The notes beneath the pieces are model-generated. The model had not been told where the DNA came from, did no database searches, and was given only the letters and a program-made list of their open reading frames with translations. A stretch of 64,000 bases of DNA from Camelus dromedarius (Eukaryota): NCBI RefSeq assembly GCF_036321535.1, contig NC_087437.1:24368001-24432000 (forward strand). The letters are read 5' to 3'. Position 1 is the first letter of the stretch; each line of letters begins with the position of its first letter. The position numbers were made by a program, and so were the translations under genes. Shown here piece by piece: positions 24,497 through 36,941 of the stretch.

Positions 24497-27400
24497 TGAT
24501 ATTCAGGAGATCTTTTCTTAATCACTAAAAAATATTGCTAAGCAATAGATTTTCTGGCCTAGCAGACTTACAGATCTTATGTGACTTTCAAATATAAACT
24601 CTTCAAAGCTTTTTAAAGAAAATTTATCAAATTAAACTTTGAAGATTCCTTTTATACATTTTCTAATATATTTTTATTTCTTCACAATGTACACACTCTT
24701 TGTTCATTTATGTCTTAGATCTTCTAAAATCTGAATATTAGGAAGTCATTTGTACATGAATATAGAGAAGTTATTTTCATTATGGCACTAAAAAAATGAA
24801 GATATTGAATCAAACTTTATACTCATTATTCAAATCCTAGAATATAAATTTATTTAATGAAGTAACTACTCGTCAGGGAAATACACATGATGCTCTACCT
24901 ACCTGTGATTTTACCAACTGTCCAACATAATTTAGTCATATTTGCATGTACCTCTTTTGTAAAATGTCCAAAATATATATGGCCTGATCCTCTCTGAAGA
25001 GTACATGAGTCTAAGAAAAGGAGTGAAGAAAACTATCAAAGTATAAAGATACCCCAATTCACACTGGATAGGTTTAGAAATATATACAGTCACTGATAAC
25101 CAAAAAGAAACAAAAAAGACATGTATCTCTTTAGAGAGCTATTGTCTACAAACCATTTATTTCCATTATTTTAAGAAAGTGTTGCTTAACTGGGGGTATT
25201 TTTGTTGTTGTACCGTAAAATGTTTAAATTGAATAGATTTAATTTTAGGTCCAGTCAAATGTGTAGTGGTCAAGCCTTTAATGCTGAAATACGTTGCCTT
25301 AAGAAACGTTATTTTAGAGCTGTTTGCCCTTTAAATTCTAACCCACTGAACATATATTTGTCTGGCCGCCATCAAGGAGAGGGTTGTAGCTGGAGGCGCT
25401 GGAAGGAAGACAACTGCAGGACTACCTCATGTCAGACCCTCAAGTAGGAATTACTGCCTTTCTTGCCTCAATTCTCAGTTGTATTATGTCACCAAATCAC
25501 ATCACAGTGTAATCAAAGATGAATAAAATTTTTTTTCTTTACCATAAATGCTTTCTTCTGTCAATTACAATCAAAGGACATGATTTCAGGTCCGTCAGTT
25601 TGTGAGGCTCTTTCCTACTGATGACTAAAGCTGTAATCTGCTAAATATAAAATGAATCAGAAAAGTCTGAGAATGATTTTGCTATTAAGAATGTTTTTTC
25701 CCCCTCCCACAGGGGGACAGAAAGAAAGACGTCAAATACTTTTTTTTTAAATGACCCCTTTGGTTTTCTTCCTTTTAGCTTTCCTCTTCCCGCCTTAATT
25801 CTCAATCTTCAGTGGCAACACCGATTTGTTTTTCTGACAAAATATACATAGTATTCCAGTCAAAACTATGCAGCTCTTTGTAAATATTTTAGTAGCCCCG
25901 CATTTTTAGAAGTCCGGAACTTTCCTGCCACATTGCTGCAGATTAGGAACCCTGTGATATTAGAAGTAATTCAGCTATAACTCCAACTTCTAGGCAGGTT
26001 TCTGGCTTGATTACATTATTAACCACAATCAAAAAACATTTTCCCGCAATGATTTTAGCTTGGTAGTACGGATTGCTTCCTTTGATCTTCTTAGCATTAT
26101 TTTACAATAGGTTGCTCCTCATTTACACTACAAATGCCGGCGAAAATGAAAGTGGTATCTCTGCTAGCAATGCCGGATAAAATAAAATAACTGGTTCAGT
26201 AGTCTCTGCCAGCTGCTTTCATTGATGAAAATCAGGTTGCTCATAATGGGGGAGAAAGGCTTAGAATGTAAACGTTTGCCATCGTGAGGAGGTTTAGAGA
26301 ATTTGCCCTGAACTTCTGCCTCATTCCTCAAGTGCATTTTTCTTATTTCTATATTTAATATTTAAGCATGTATTTGTGCAATGAAGACACACCCTTCTTA
26401 TATTTCACACCAAATACCATTCTGGGCTGCTTATATCCAGAACTACTCTTAGGAAATGTAAGAATATAGATACAATGTATACAATCTTAATTTATTACCC
26501 CAGGGTTTCTCATAAACACCTGCCACCTGACTCTGCCCTTCTTCTTTATTCCCCATTAGTGTTTACTCACCAACATAAGAAATACATAGTTATGTATTAT
26601 GGTTTATGATGTTTCTATTTATGATAATCTTATGTATGTTTGAAGATGTTTCCATTTCTTTAAGGTGGGAGAGAGGAAATCGCAGACACCTGTTAGCTAG
26701 TATTTTTCTGTCCTTCAGTGTGCGCGTGCACACACACATACATACACACACACAGGAACACTAAGCCGAGAAAATTAAGTGCATATACCTGGTAGTAAAT
26801 ACAAATATTTAGTGCCGCATCTCATTCCAGATGCCAGTAAGCTCAAGTCACTTGAAACAATGTATCATACACAGAAATAAACCCAAATGTCTTCCAAGTA
26901 CATTGGCAAAGGCAAGATTGCCCAGTGCGTTACAAAGAAACCTCTGAAAGAGTCAAAAGACAGAATTCTGCCCAGGATTTTGTCACTGGCTATGCGATCT
27001 TGAAATTAACTTAAAATTTTTCATTTTCTATGTATACATACTTTTAAAACAATGAGACTCAGACCAGCTAGCACTTTCGCTAGTTCCAAAAGCTAAAGAA
27101 ATCATACATTAGAGCCCCTGAAACCTTATATGGAACATGGTACGTCCCCTCGTCTCACTTTACATATGAAGAAATAAAGAACCAAGACTCATGATGCAAG
27201 ACAGAAGACAGTTGCTGCTGAGCAGGCTAAGATCAAGCATTCTTGAAGCAAAATGACTGTCTGAAAAAGTGAACTTAAATAGATATCTAGAATTATTTTT
27301 ATAAATTTTAAGAACATGTTTAATATCTAAACAGATTATTGAAAAACAAAACATTTCATACAAGGGCAAACTCCTTTTAACCACCAACTCAAATTTCAAC

Positions 27401-27714
27401 CTCCCTAACTCCACCCCATCCTGTAACAAAGAAAAATATACTGCACCGGAAAAATTTGTTTCCTTCCAGATTGTTTGTATCCACTGGGTGAAAAAAAAAG
27501 TACCATTTGGGAGGGGACCTGAATATGACCTCAAACTCAGAAAATCCTGAGGCTGAATCGAAGCCCAATATTATGCCTGCAGCCTAATGATAAGTAAAGG
27601 ATGGACCATCTTGGCAGGAAACCTTGGATAACTGTATAAACAAAGGTAGTTTTTATCAACATGCACATACTTTTCTCCATGGTACTGGATTTGAATCCTT
27701 TTTAAAATACTTTT

Positions 27715-27860
27715 TAGTAGTAGGACTTTGGGGGATTTACACTCTCTGAAAACCAGTATCCTTATCTATATCCAGTGAAGGGAACATTGTCCACCCCATT
27801 AAGTTCCTTTAAGGATAAAATAAAATTAAATACATAGGAGAGGGCTTGGAACACAGTATT
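27715..27860 (+). mobile_element. MIR remnant
   Basis: ctttgggggatttacactctctgaaaaccagtatccttatct...aggataaaataaaattaaatacataggagagggcttggaacacag. Confidence 0.55.
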
Positions 27861-27924
27861 TACTTGTAGCGTCACACATTACATTTCATTGTAATTAATT
27901 ACTTCCTTTCGCGTGGAAATGTTG

Positions 27925-28035
27925 ATTACTGGAGGGATGGGGAGACAGTTCATGTCTTTATCCTCATCATTTTTTACCATCCCTGGGACGTAGAGTAGGC
28001 ACTCAAAAATTTTGACTGGTTGGCTGCCCGGATGA
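27925..28035 (+). mobile_element. L2 3' tail remnant
   Basis: cctgggacgtagagtaggcactcaaaaatttttgactggttgg resembles the L2 terminus. Confidence 0.5.
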
Positions 28036-28739
28036 ACAGATGACTTGGCAAATGCCTACACAAGCCAAGGAAAATCAGAAGACTAGCAATTATTTGGTAA
28101 ACTTGATCAATTTATAGATAGAAAGGCCTAAATATTATTTCACTTTCTCCTCAGATGTTTTTCAGTATTTCCAAAATTTTTGTTTCTCATCCACACCATC
28201 TGCATGATTTCTGCCTCAACACATATTTCATATATTAGTTCTTCCCAAACTTTATTCCATCATATGAAAATATTTGTTTGACTCACTTGGGGTCACCCAT
28301 CCGGCTGCTCCAGGGCAGAAGGGATAGAAGAGAGGACTGTCACTGTCCCATTGCACTCAGGCTCCCAGCAAGCCAAGGAGGTCACTGGGAGGCCATGTTG
28401 GCATTCCAGCCTTACATATGGCGCAGGAGACTCCAAAGACTCCGATTTGCTCAATATTACTTGTTAAAATGACTCAAAATATCATTGATTATTAAAAGAT
28501 TAACTTTTAAACTATAGAATTAATTGTAAAACTATTATTCAATTAAAACATTAATTTAATTATTAAATTTAAATATTAATGTTGGCATTTTATTAAATAT
28601 TAACTGAATTATTAAACTATTAAAATATTATTTTAAGATAGTAATTAAACAATTCTTTAAGTAATTACTTAATTAATAGATTAAGAGTAGGACAATATTA
28701 ACCTTGTCCTAAGTACCAATATCTATGAAGTCACAGGTA

Positions 28740-29115
28740 TTACTATCTGTTTTTGTGAGTCAGTAGCAAAAAACAACTAACCTGAAGAATCTCAGTGGCT
28801 TGAAGCAGCATGGATTTATTCCTCACTTGTGCTGCATGTCCAATAAGGGCTAGAATGTTCTCAGAGCCTCTGTTTCATGTTGTCCTCACTCAGGGACTGA
28901 GGTTGAAGAGGCTTCTTCCATCTGGTGGTCCCTGGTCACCCTGTTAGTGGGAAGATGCCGTGTGAATTGCATGTTGGTTGGTAAAGACTTCTGCCCCAAG
29001 TTTCATTGGACAGAGAGGCTCATGGCCACAAAGAACATCAAGACTGTGAGGATATGGAATCTTCCTGTGCATTTGACAGGAGACTGAAATGCTGAAAAAC
29101 AGCCCTGATGACTAT
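28740..29115 (-). mobile_element. Old MaLR LTR (MLT1I/J-like)
   Basis: aatctcagtggcttgaagcagcatggatttattcctcac...cctcactcagggactgagg...tttcattggacagagaggctcatggccac. Confidence 0.7.
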
Positions 29116-30748
29116 TCTTAATTTCCTTTTATTTTTCTTCTTTGAATATGATGGATGCCTTAGCGTAAGGAAGTATACACAGTGCTTATGTATCAAAAAA
29201 TGAGTGTTTTTATAAAAGTGATATTCGAAATATAATAACACTATTTCAGCCTTTAAGTACAGAGCCAAAGAAAGATACATCGGCATAACTTTGCAGGAAG
29301 ATCACGGGTAGTAAATGCAATGTCAATATTGTACCTGGATTGGCTTTACTTTTCAGTGTTTTTACCCAACCATGAGTACGAACTCTAAACTAAATTTTCA
29401 AAATTCAAAGACGTCTTTAAAATAATTGTGCATGAAAACATACCCTCACATTTTAAAGACACTGTAATTCCTTTAGCTGAGAGCAGGCTTATGCCAGCAA
29501 AAGTATGCTGTTGCTCCAGTGCATTTCTCTGAGCTACGACACCTCTCTCCACGGCAGATGCAGCTGCCCTGCGGTCCCATGGTGGGCATAGCACAGTCCC
29601 AGCCTTTTCACTGCTTTAACCATGATAACGCCGCCCGTCCTCTGGTGATCCCGCCTTGCAGAACCAGCATACTGTATCTAAGTAACTATGGAGGGTAGGC
29701 CAGGGTAGTCGGAATGGTTAATAAAGTGTAGGTCGCCTGACAAAGCCATATAGGTTGGAGGTAAACAAATGAATGCAATAGCAATTGACTTAGAGGGAAA
29801 ATTATTACAAATAGAAATGAATCAGAGTAATGTCTACCATCTAAAAAAGCTAGTCTCCAAACTGGCACTGGCACAGCGTCCCATAGCAAAATATCGATAT
29901 TTTATTGAATCTTTCGCTTTTCATTTGGATGTCTTAATGCTTCCCTGTCTCATTCCATGGAAATTACATAAAAATAGCACATTCTCTGTCCCACATACAG
30001 TGTATCTGCCCTGACAGGTGGCAGGTGGGAAGGCAACTCTAAAAGGAATGTGCCCCTATATTTCTAAATGCCCTGTGGCATACCTTGATGATACACAGTA
30101 TGATACAAGAAATGTGCCCTAAATCTTCAATATGGCAGCCGGTTTCTGTTCGCTACACAAAGCAGATAGGAAGCATGGAGACGTGATGGAACACGCATCT
30201 TTCAACCTGGTAAACGCAGCTAGATTAACAAAAATATTTTAAAACAGCCAATAATTATAAAAGCATTGCTTGCCATTGCATAATTATTTAATAAACCATA
30301 TAACATACAACCGTTATTCCGTCGCAGAGGCCCTCTTCACTCCGCACCATATGGCTAATGGCTTCGATCGCACATCACACCATACTGAGAATTCCTTCTC
30401 ATCATACTGTATTGGCTACAGACTCAGTTTGTGGCTAATGCACGTGTTACCCTTTCCCTGCATGTTTATTTTATGAGACAGTGGCGTCTGTTTTGGCATT
30501 GATTCTGAAATGATAAACTACTATTTTTTAAAACATAACTAGAAAAATACCTCAATATTAATTTTCCTAGGTGAATCTTAAAATATAATCTCTGTTATCT
30601 TTTCCCCAGTTGTAACTCCAAGTTCTGGCCCTTTTGCATTTTGATAAATGTCAACAATGGAAGTCTACATTTATTACAGTGTCACCGGTAAATATAAAAA
30701 GCTAGATTATCTATGGGCATCATTTGAAAACGTTTCACAGGTAGATTT

Positions 30749-30966
30749 TTTTAAACATTTTTTTTATTGAGTTATAGTCATTTTACAATGGTGTGTCAAA
30801 TTCCAGCATAGAGCACAATTTTTCAGTTATACATGAACATACATTCATTGTCACATTCTCTTTCGCTGTGAGCCACCTGTGCTGCAAAGTACAATCCTGT
30901 TTATCTATTCTACATTTTGAAATCCCAGTCCCTTCCCACCCTCGTCCCCTTGGCAACCCCAAGTTT
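30749..30966 (-). mobile_element. Short camelid-type L1 3'UTR insertion with a small internal deletion
   Basis: Antisense copy of the 3'UTR seen at 9580-9820. TSD gtagattt at 30741-30748 and 30967-30974. Roughly 20 nt is missing after gtgagccac. Confidence 0.88.
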
Positions 30967-33900
30967 GTAGATTTCTTCTCTTTATCTATTGCAGGGTGAT
31001 AGCGAGATTCCAGGAATCCCAAATAGCTTAGTTTCAGAAACTCTGTCTTCCACATTCAGTCTCCAAGAGCACCTCAGTAAGCCTCTCACAGCAACATCTT
31101 ACTGAACATCAGACCATGCTGGGGACATTCCAGATACACGTCTTCAACAAACATTAATTGCATAATACATATTTTGGGGTTTGAGAATTCAAAAAGGAAA
31201 AACGTCAGCGTGAGAGGCTGTAAAAGTAACTAATCAATTTAATTTTCAAAAATAAAATCAAATATTTGGTTAATTTATTCAGATTTGACAGGCATCTAAA
31301 CCGCCTTTTTTTTTTTTTTTTTTTTTTTTAACTTTCCAGACCAGATGTTTTGGCACTGGTCTTAGATTCTAAAATGATTTGGATGAGAGGAATCAAATTA
31401 CCCCTGGGGGTAAGTAGAATAGCCATCTTATCTGAATGGCAGGGAAAAAAAAAAAAAGCAAAGTAAAAAACACACGATCAACATCACACTCTCTTTGCCT
31501 AGAAGTAAAAGAAAATGTGAGAAAATAGATTGTTTCATTTTGGGTTTTCAAAAAATACATTTTCACTTTCATATTAGGAAAGCCCATTTCTGGTTGACAG
31601 ATTTTCTGTTTCTAAACATTAAGAATGTTGCAAGTTAGGGGAAAAAAATGTTTACCCTCTTTGAATTTAATCAAATTTTTTGATGGCAGAAATTAGCATG
31701 ACTACTGTTTAGCAGAAAATCAGGATGATTACTCCTAACATGCCCCAGCTTTAAAGAACCCAACGTGTTCATTTTGTATTTCAGCCAACATAATTTTATA
31801 ACAGTTTGGCTTCTACAGTATTTCAAGGGTAAGCAGAATAAATGAATGTTTTCCTTGTTCAAAGGGGAATCATTTAATGATGAGACAAATTTGGATACTG
31901 CTTTAGTTTGAAGTATAATCTCCATAATCATAAAAATTCATCTATAAAACCATGGAATTAGGTGGACAAAGGTCTCTCAGATTGGAAGGCAAAATAATAG
32001 TAGTATAATTTGCCCAAATTCAACAGAACATTCCTACTTTTTTGGGCCACCTAATTGATAGATATAATTACATGTGTTTGTGTGTTTCTTTGTAGTCAAT
32101 TCCAAAATTCAAATATATCCAACCTTTATAAGCAAGATTCCAAATGAAAATTTGTTCACTCCCAGTTAGTTATAATATTGCACAAAGTGTTTGGAATTAA
32201 TAGCTGAGTAAGTTTTAAACTCCAGTTTAAAAAAGAATAAAAATGACAAAAGGTACCAATATTTTCAAACTAGTCCATACTACCAATTGAAGAAGCCCTT
32301 CTTTCATAATGAATTTAATCTATTTCCACATGACTCTTTCTACCAAAAAAAAAAAATTGTACATCTCTATTCTAAATAATTTATTTTCCAGTACAATCAG
32401 CTCTGTTAGAACACATTTTGCTTAAATTATAGGTGGGCAGAGTGACATGATTTAAGACTATGACCCTCTATTTGTATGAAGATTTGTTGCTTCCTTTTTC
32501 TCCTAGCTATTAATGATTTTTTTTAAGGTAGGTAAACTAAGATGAAAAACAAAATGCATAAGGATTGTCTTTATTAGGTGTAAGCTTCCTCCCTGATTCT
32601 TTGCTTGAAGGAATGAAGGAAATCTTTAGTTTTTCTACCCCCACCCACTCCCAACCAGTGAATAAGAAATCACATACTGACATATACGAGAAAGGTTTGG
32701 GTGATTTGTCTTCAGGAATAATTTGCTTGCTCCAATTTCTTTGGAAGATGAAATTTGTTATGGCTAGAGGAGCACCCCAGCTGATTTAACTACCATGAGT
32801 CTCTACCACTTCACTGAGCTATTGCCTAAAATTTGTAAGATCTGGCTTCTTGGCACCATATAATTTCATTATGCCTGATCCTATGGAGATGCCGGGTGTG
32901 TAAGGGCACCAGGATGCCCATAGTAAATCAGTTGTTTCAATGCACCTAATGGTACCCTGGTGCCCAGCAAGTGTTAATTCACTTCACATGAGTGAACAGT
33001 CTACTTCCAGACAGCAGTTTACCCACCCGGGGTTAACCATAGAATTGGCCCATTATTAACAAGGCTTCAGCCTTTGTTCACTTCCACAGTGGGTCTTGCC
33101 TTTGATGGGCCATTTTCAGAGTCATTGCTTTGTGGTTTGGTACACTGATACCAAGATCTTTTTTTCCTTTAACTAAATATCGAATAAGGACTCATTTCAA
33201 CAAGAAAATCCATTCATTCATAACACAAGGCAAATTTACAATAATTTGTTTGGTTGCTTCTGCTGCTTCTCCAAGGTTCCTCAGGCATTTCCAGTAAATG
33301 ACACCTGGGAAAAAAATAGGCCCAATGTGCTAAACTCTCCACTGAATACTGTGCACAAACTCACACAAAGAAAAGCTACTGAGCTTTAATTGCTTGTTAA
33401 TAAGTTGTTTTAATTGACCTACTCTAGTTTGGTGTATTCTGTGTTATCTTTTGCTTGTTTTATCCAGAGGCCATGCTGTGATATTGCCTCAGTGAACCCA
33501 AGACAGGGAAATACACAGCCTGGATATGTGTAAACTAAAACAGTTGGCGTCTCCCTCTCCTGATGATTTTTGTTCTTTGGAAAGCTACTAAGAGATTTTT
33601 GAAAAAAGACACTGGGAAAATCAAAGTTAAAATAAAACTTGTATTACTCTGGATTATCTCACATTTTTTGCAAACAAACCCCATTTCCTCAATCGTGCAA
33701 TTAAAATATTTTATTTCTACATTTTAACAATGATGCTTGTATTCAAAGCTACACTTTCCTAAGATGCTTTGAATCATCAATACATTTTGAGTCTTTTTTT
33801 GGTTAGTGTTTTAAAGAAATTTAGATTTTCTCAAAAGCAGACATCCAAGCCAACAGGTTAAAACTATGTTAACATATAAATTCTTCTGCGGATTTTAAAC

Positions 33901-34516
33901 TTTGAAAAATGACATTTTCTATCCTCCTCAATTAGAAAGGCTATTTTGTATAATAGAGTATTCGGCCAGGTAATGTACTGTATTTTCTATTTGAGTTTGC
34001 ACTGTATTTTATCCACTTGCATAGCGCTATGAATATATCCAAAGCAAACATTCATTCTTTGGGAGATGCAGTTGCAGGACAGTATGAAATGGGGAAAATG
34101 CAAAATCTGACTGAAATGGGGAAGATGCCCAACTGTGAGGAACGTGAGAATGGAAATATATGAGGTGTGACAATAAAGTAATAAAACTAATTTCCTTGTG
34201 TGGTTCATAAACTAGCTCTCAAGTCACTTCCACGAATGGAGTTCCGAAAGTGCTCTAAGCAGTGGCAACCCTATAAATCAGCTCATCAGACTCCCAGCTC
34301 CAGTGCTAAAAGGTACAGCACCCCTTGGGGTGTTAACATTTCCATATTTTGTAAAAAAAACAAAACAAAAAATAAACCCCCTTAACTGTCTTACTTTATA
34401 GAGTTCTTTTGGACATAATCTTCCTGAAATTATAGTACAAATGTATTACAAAGTTATTTGAAACACCTGACAAAGCTTTAAAGCTCCAAATATTTTCCAC
34501 ATAATTGTTTACATTG

Positions 34517-36941
34517 CATCAATCAGTGTAATACATCACATCAACAAGAGAAAGGACAAAAACCACATGATCATCTCAATCGATGCAGAAAAAGCATTTG
34601 ATAAAATTCAAAACCCATTTATGATAAAAACTCTCACCAAAGTGGGTATAGAGGGAACATATCTCAACATAATAAAAGCTATATATGACAAACCTACAGC
34701 CAGTATAGTACTCAACGGTGAAAAACTCAAAAGCTTCCCACTAAAATCTGGGACAAGACAAGGATGCCCACTATCACCACTCCTATTCAACATAGTCCTG
34801 GAAGTCCTAGCCACAGCAGTCAGGCAAGAGAAAGAAATAAAAGGGATCCAAATTGGAAAAGAAGAGGTAAAAGTGTCATTATATGCTGATGACATGTTAC
34901 TATATATAGAAAACCCTAAAAGGTCCACACAAAAGCTATTAGAGCTGATTGAAGAATTCAGCAAGGTAGCAGGTTACAAAATTAACGTTCAAAAATCAGT
35001 TGCATTTCTTTACACTAACGATAAATCAACAGAAGAAGAAAGTAAAGAAACAATCCCCTTTAAAATAGCACCCAAAGTAATAAAATATCTGGGAATAAAT
35101 CTAAGCAAGGAGGTGAAAGAATTATACACAGAAAACTATAAACCATTGATGAAGGAATTTAAAGAAGACTTTAAAAAATGGAAAGATATTCCATGCTCTT
35201 GGATTGGAAGAATCAATATTGTTAAAATGGTCACACTGCCCAAGGCAATCTACAGATTTAATGCAATCCCTATCCAATTACCCAGGACATATTTCACAGA
35301 ACTAGAAAAAATCATAATAAAATTCATATGGAACCATCAAAGACCTAGAATTGCCAAAGCATTACTGAAGAGAAAGAAAGAGGCTGGAGGAATAACTCTC
35401 CCAGACTTCAGACAATACTATAGAGCTACAGTCATCAAGACAGCATGGTATTGGTACCAAAACAGACATATAGACCAATGGAACAGAATAGAGAGCCCAG
35501 AAATGAACCCACAAACTTTTGGTCAACTCATCTTCGACAAAGGAGGCAAGAATATACATTGGAATAAAGACAGTCTCTTCAGCAAATGGTGTTGGGAAAA
35601 CTGGACAGCAGCATGTAAAACAATGAAGCTAGAACACTCCCTTACACCATATACAAAAATCAACTCAAAATGGATTAAAGACTTAAACATAAGACAAGAT
35701 ACAATAAACCTCCTAGAGGAAAACATAGGCAAAACATTATCTGACATACATCTCAAAAATTTTCTCCTAGAAGAAATAAAAGCAAGAATAAACAAATGGG
35801 ACCTAGTGAAACTTACAAGCTTCTGCACAGCAAAGGAAACCAGAAGTAAAACAAGAAGAAAACCTACGGAATGGGAGAAAATTTTTGCAAGTGAAACCGA
35901 CAAAGGCTTGATCTCCAGAATATATAAGCAGCTCATACGACTCAATAAGAAAAAAATAAACAACCCAATCCAAAAATGGGCAGAAGACCTAAACAAGCAA
36001 TTCTCCAAGGAAGACATACAAATGATCAAAAAGCACATGAAAAAATGCTCAATATCACTAATTATCAGAGAAATGCAAATCAAAACTAAAATGAGGTATC
36101 ACCTCACACCAATCAGAATGGCCGTCATTCAAAAATCCACAAATGACAAATGCTGGAGAGGCTGTGGAGAAAGGGGAACCCTCCTACACTGCTGGTGGGA
36201 ATGCAGTTTGGTGCAGCCACTATGGAAAACAGTGTGGAGATTCCTCAAAAGACTAGGAATAGACTTACCATATGACCCAGGAATCCCACTCCTGGGCTTG
36301 TATCCAGAAGGAAGTCTACTTCAGGATGACACCTGCACCCCAATGTTCATAGCAGCACTATTTACAATAGCCAAAACATGGAAGCAGCCTAAATGTCTAT
36401 CAACAGGTGACTGGATAAAGAAGAGTGGTATATTTATACAATGGAATACTACTCAGCCATAAAAACCGACAACATAATGCCATTTGCAGCAACATGGATG
36501 CTCCTGGAGAATGTCATTCTAAGTGAAGTAAGCCAGAAAGAGAAAGAAAAATACCATATGAGATCGCTCATATGTGGAATCTAAAAAACAAAAACAAAAA
36601 CAAACAAACAAACAAAAACAAAGCGTAAATACAGGACAGAAATAGACTCACAGACAGAGAATACAGACTTGTGGTTGCCAGGGGGGTGGAGGGTGGGAAG
36701 GGATAGACTGGGATTTCAAAATTGTAGAATAGATAAACAAAATTACATTGTATAGCACAGGGAAATATACACAAAATGTTATGATAACTCACAGAGAAAA
36801 AAATGTGACAATGAGTGTGTATATGTCCATGAATAACTGAAAAATTGTGCTGAACACTGGAATTTGACACAACATTGTAAAATGATTATAAATCAATAAA
36901 AAATGTTAAAAAATAAAAATAAAAAAATAAAAATAAATAAA
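34517..36941 (+). mobile_element. Young 5'-truncated camelid LINE-1 (2.4 kb) with a 14-bp TSD
   Basis: Open ORF2 fragment, complete 3'UTR with G-rich tract, AATAAA and A-rich tail. Exact TSD aattgtttacattg at 34503-34516 and 36942-36955. Confidence 0.97.
34567..36462 (+). pseudogene. LINE-1 ORF2p C-terminal fragment (reverse transcriptase plus CCHC domain), 631 aa open, lacking endonuclease and promoter
   Basis: Motifs [36 protein letters not shown] and [19 protein letters not shown] 1-nt deletion near 36424 shifts the last ~50 codons; the ancestral stop is at 36582-36584. Confidence 0.95.

Noticed and set aside
25690..25760. Acceptor-like ttttttcccctcccacag
   Set aside because: No convincing open exon or donor follows.
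27160..27534. 124-aa minus-strand ORF in unique DNA
   Set aside because: It has a non-ATG start, no recognisable domain, and composition typical of random AT-rich sequence.
31305..31329. Long poly-T run (also A-runs near 23814 and 54767, and a G-run at 57941)
   Set aside because: Simple homopolymers with no attached retrocopy body or TSD that I could identify.
34608..36083. Antisense ORFs of 118, 65 and 186 aa
   Set aside because: They are shadows of L1 ORF2 on the opposite strand, with no independent coding evidence.
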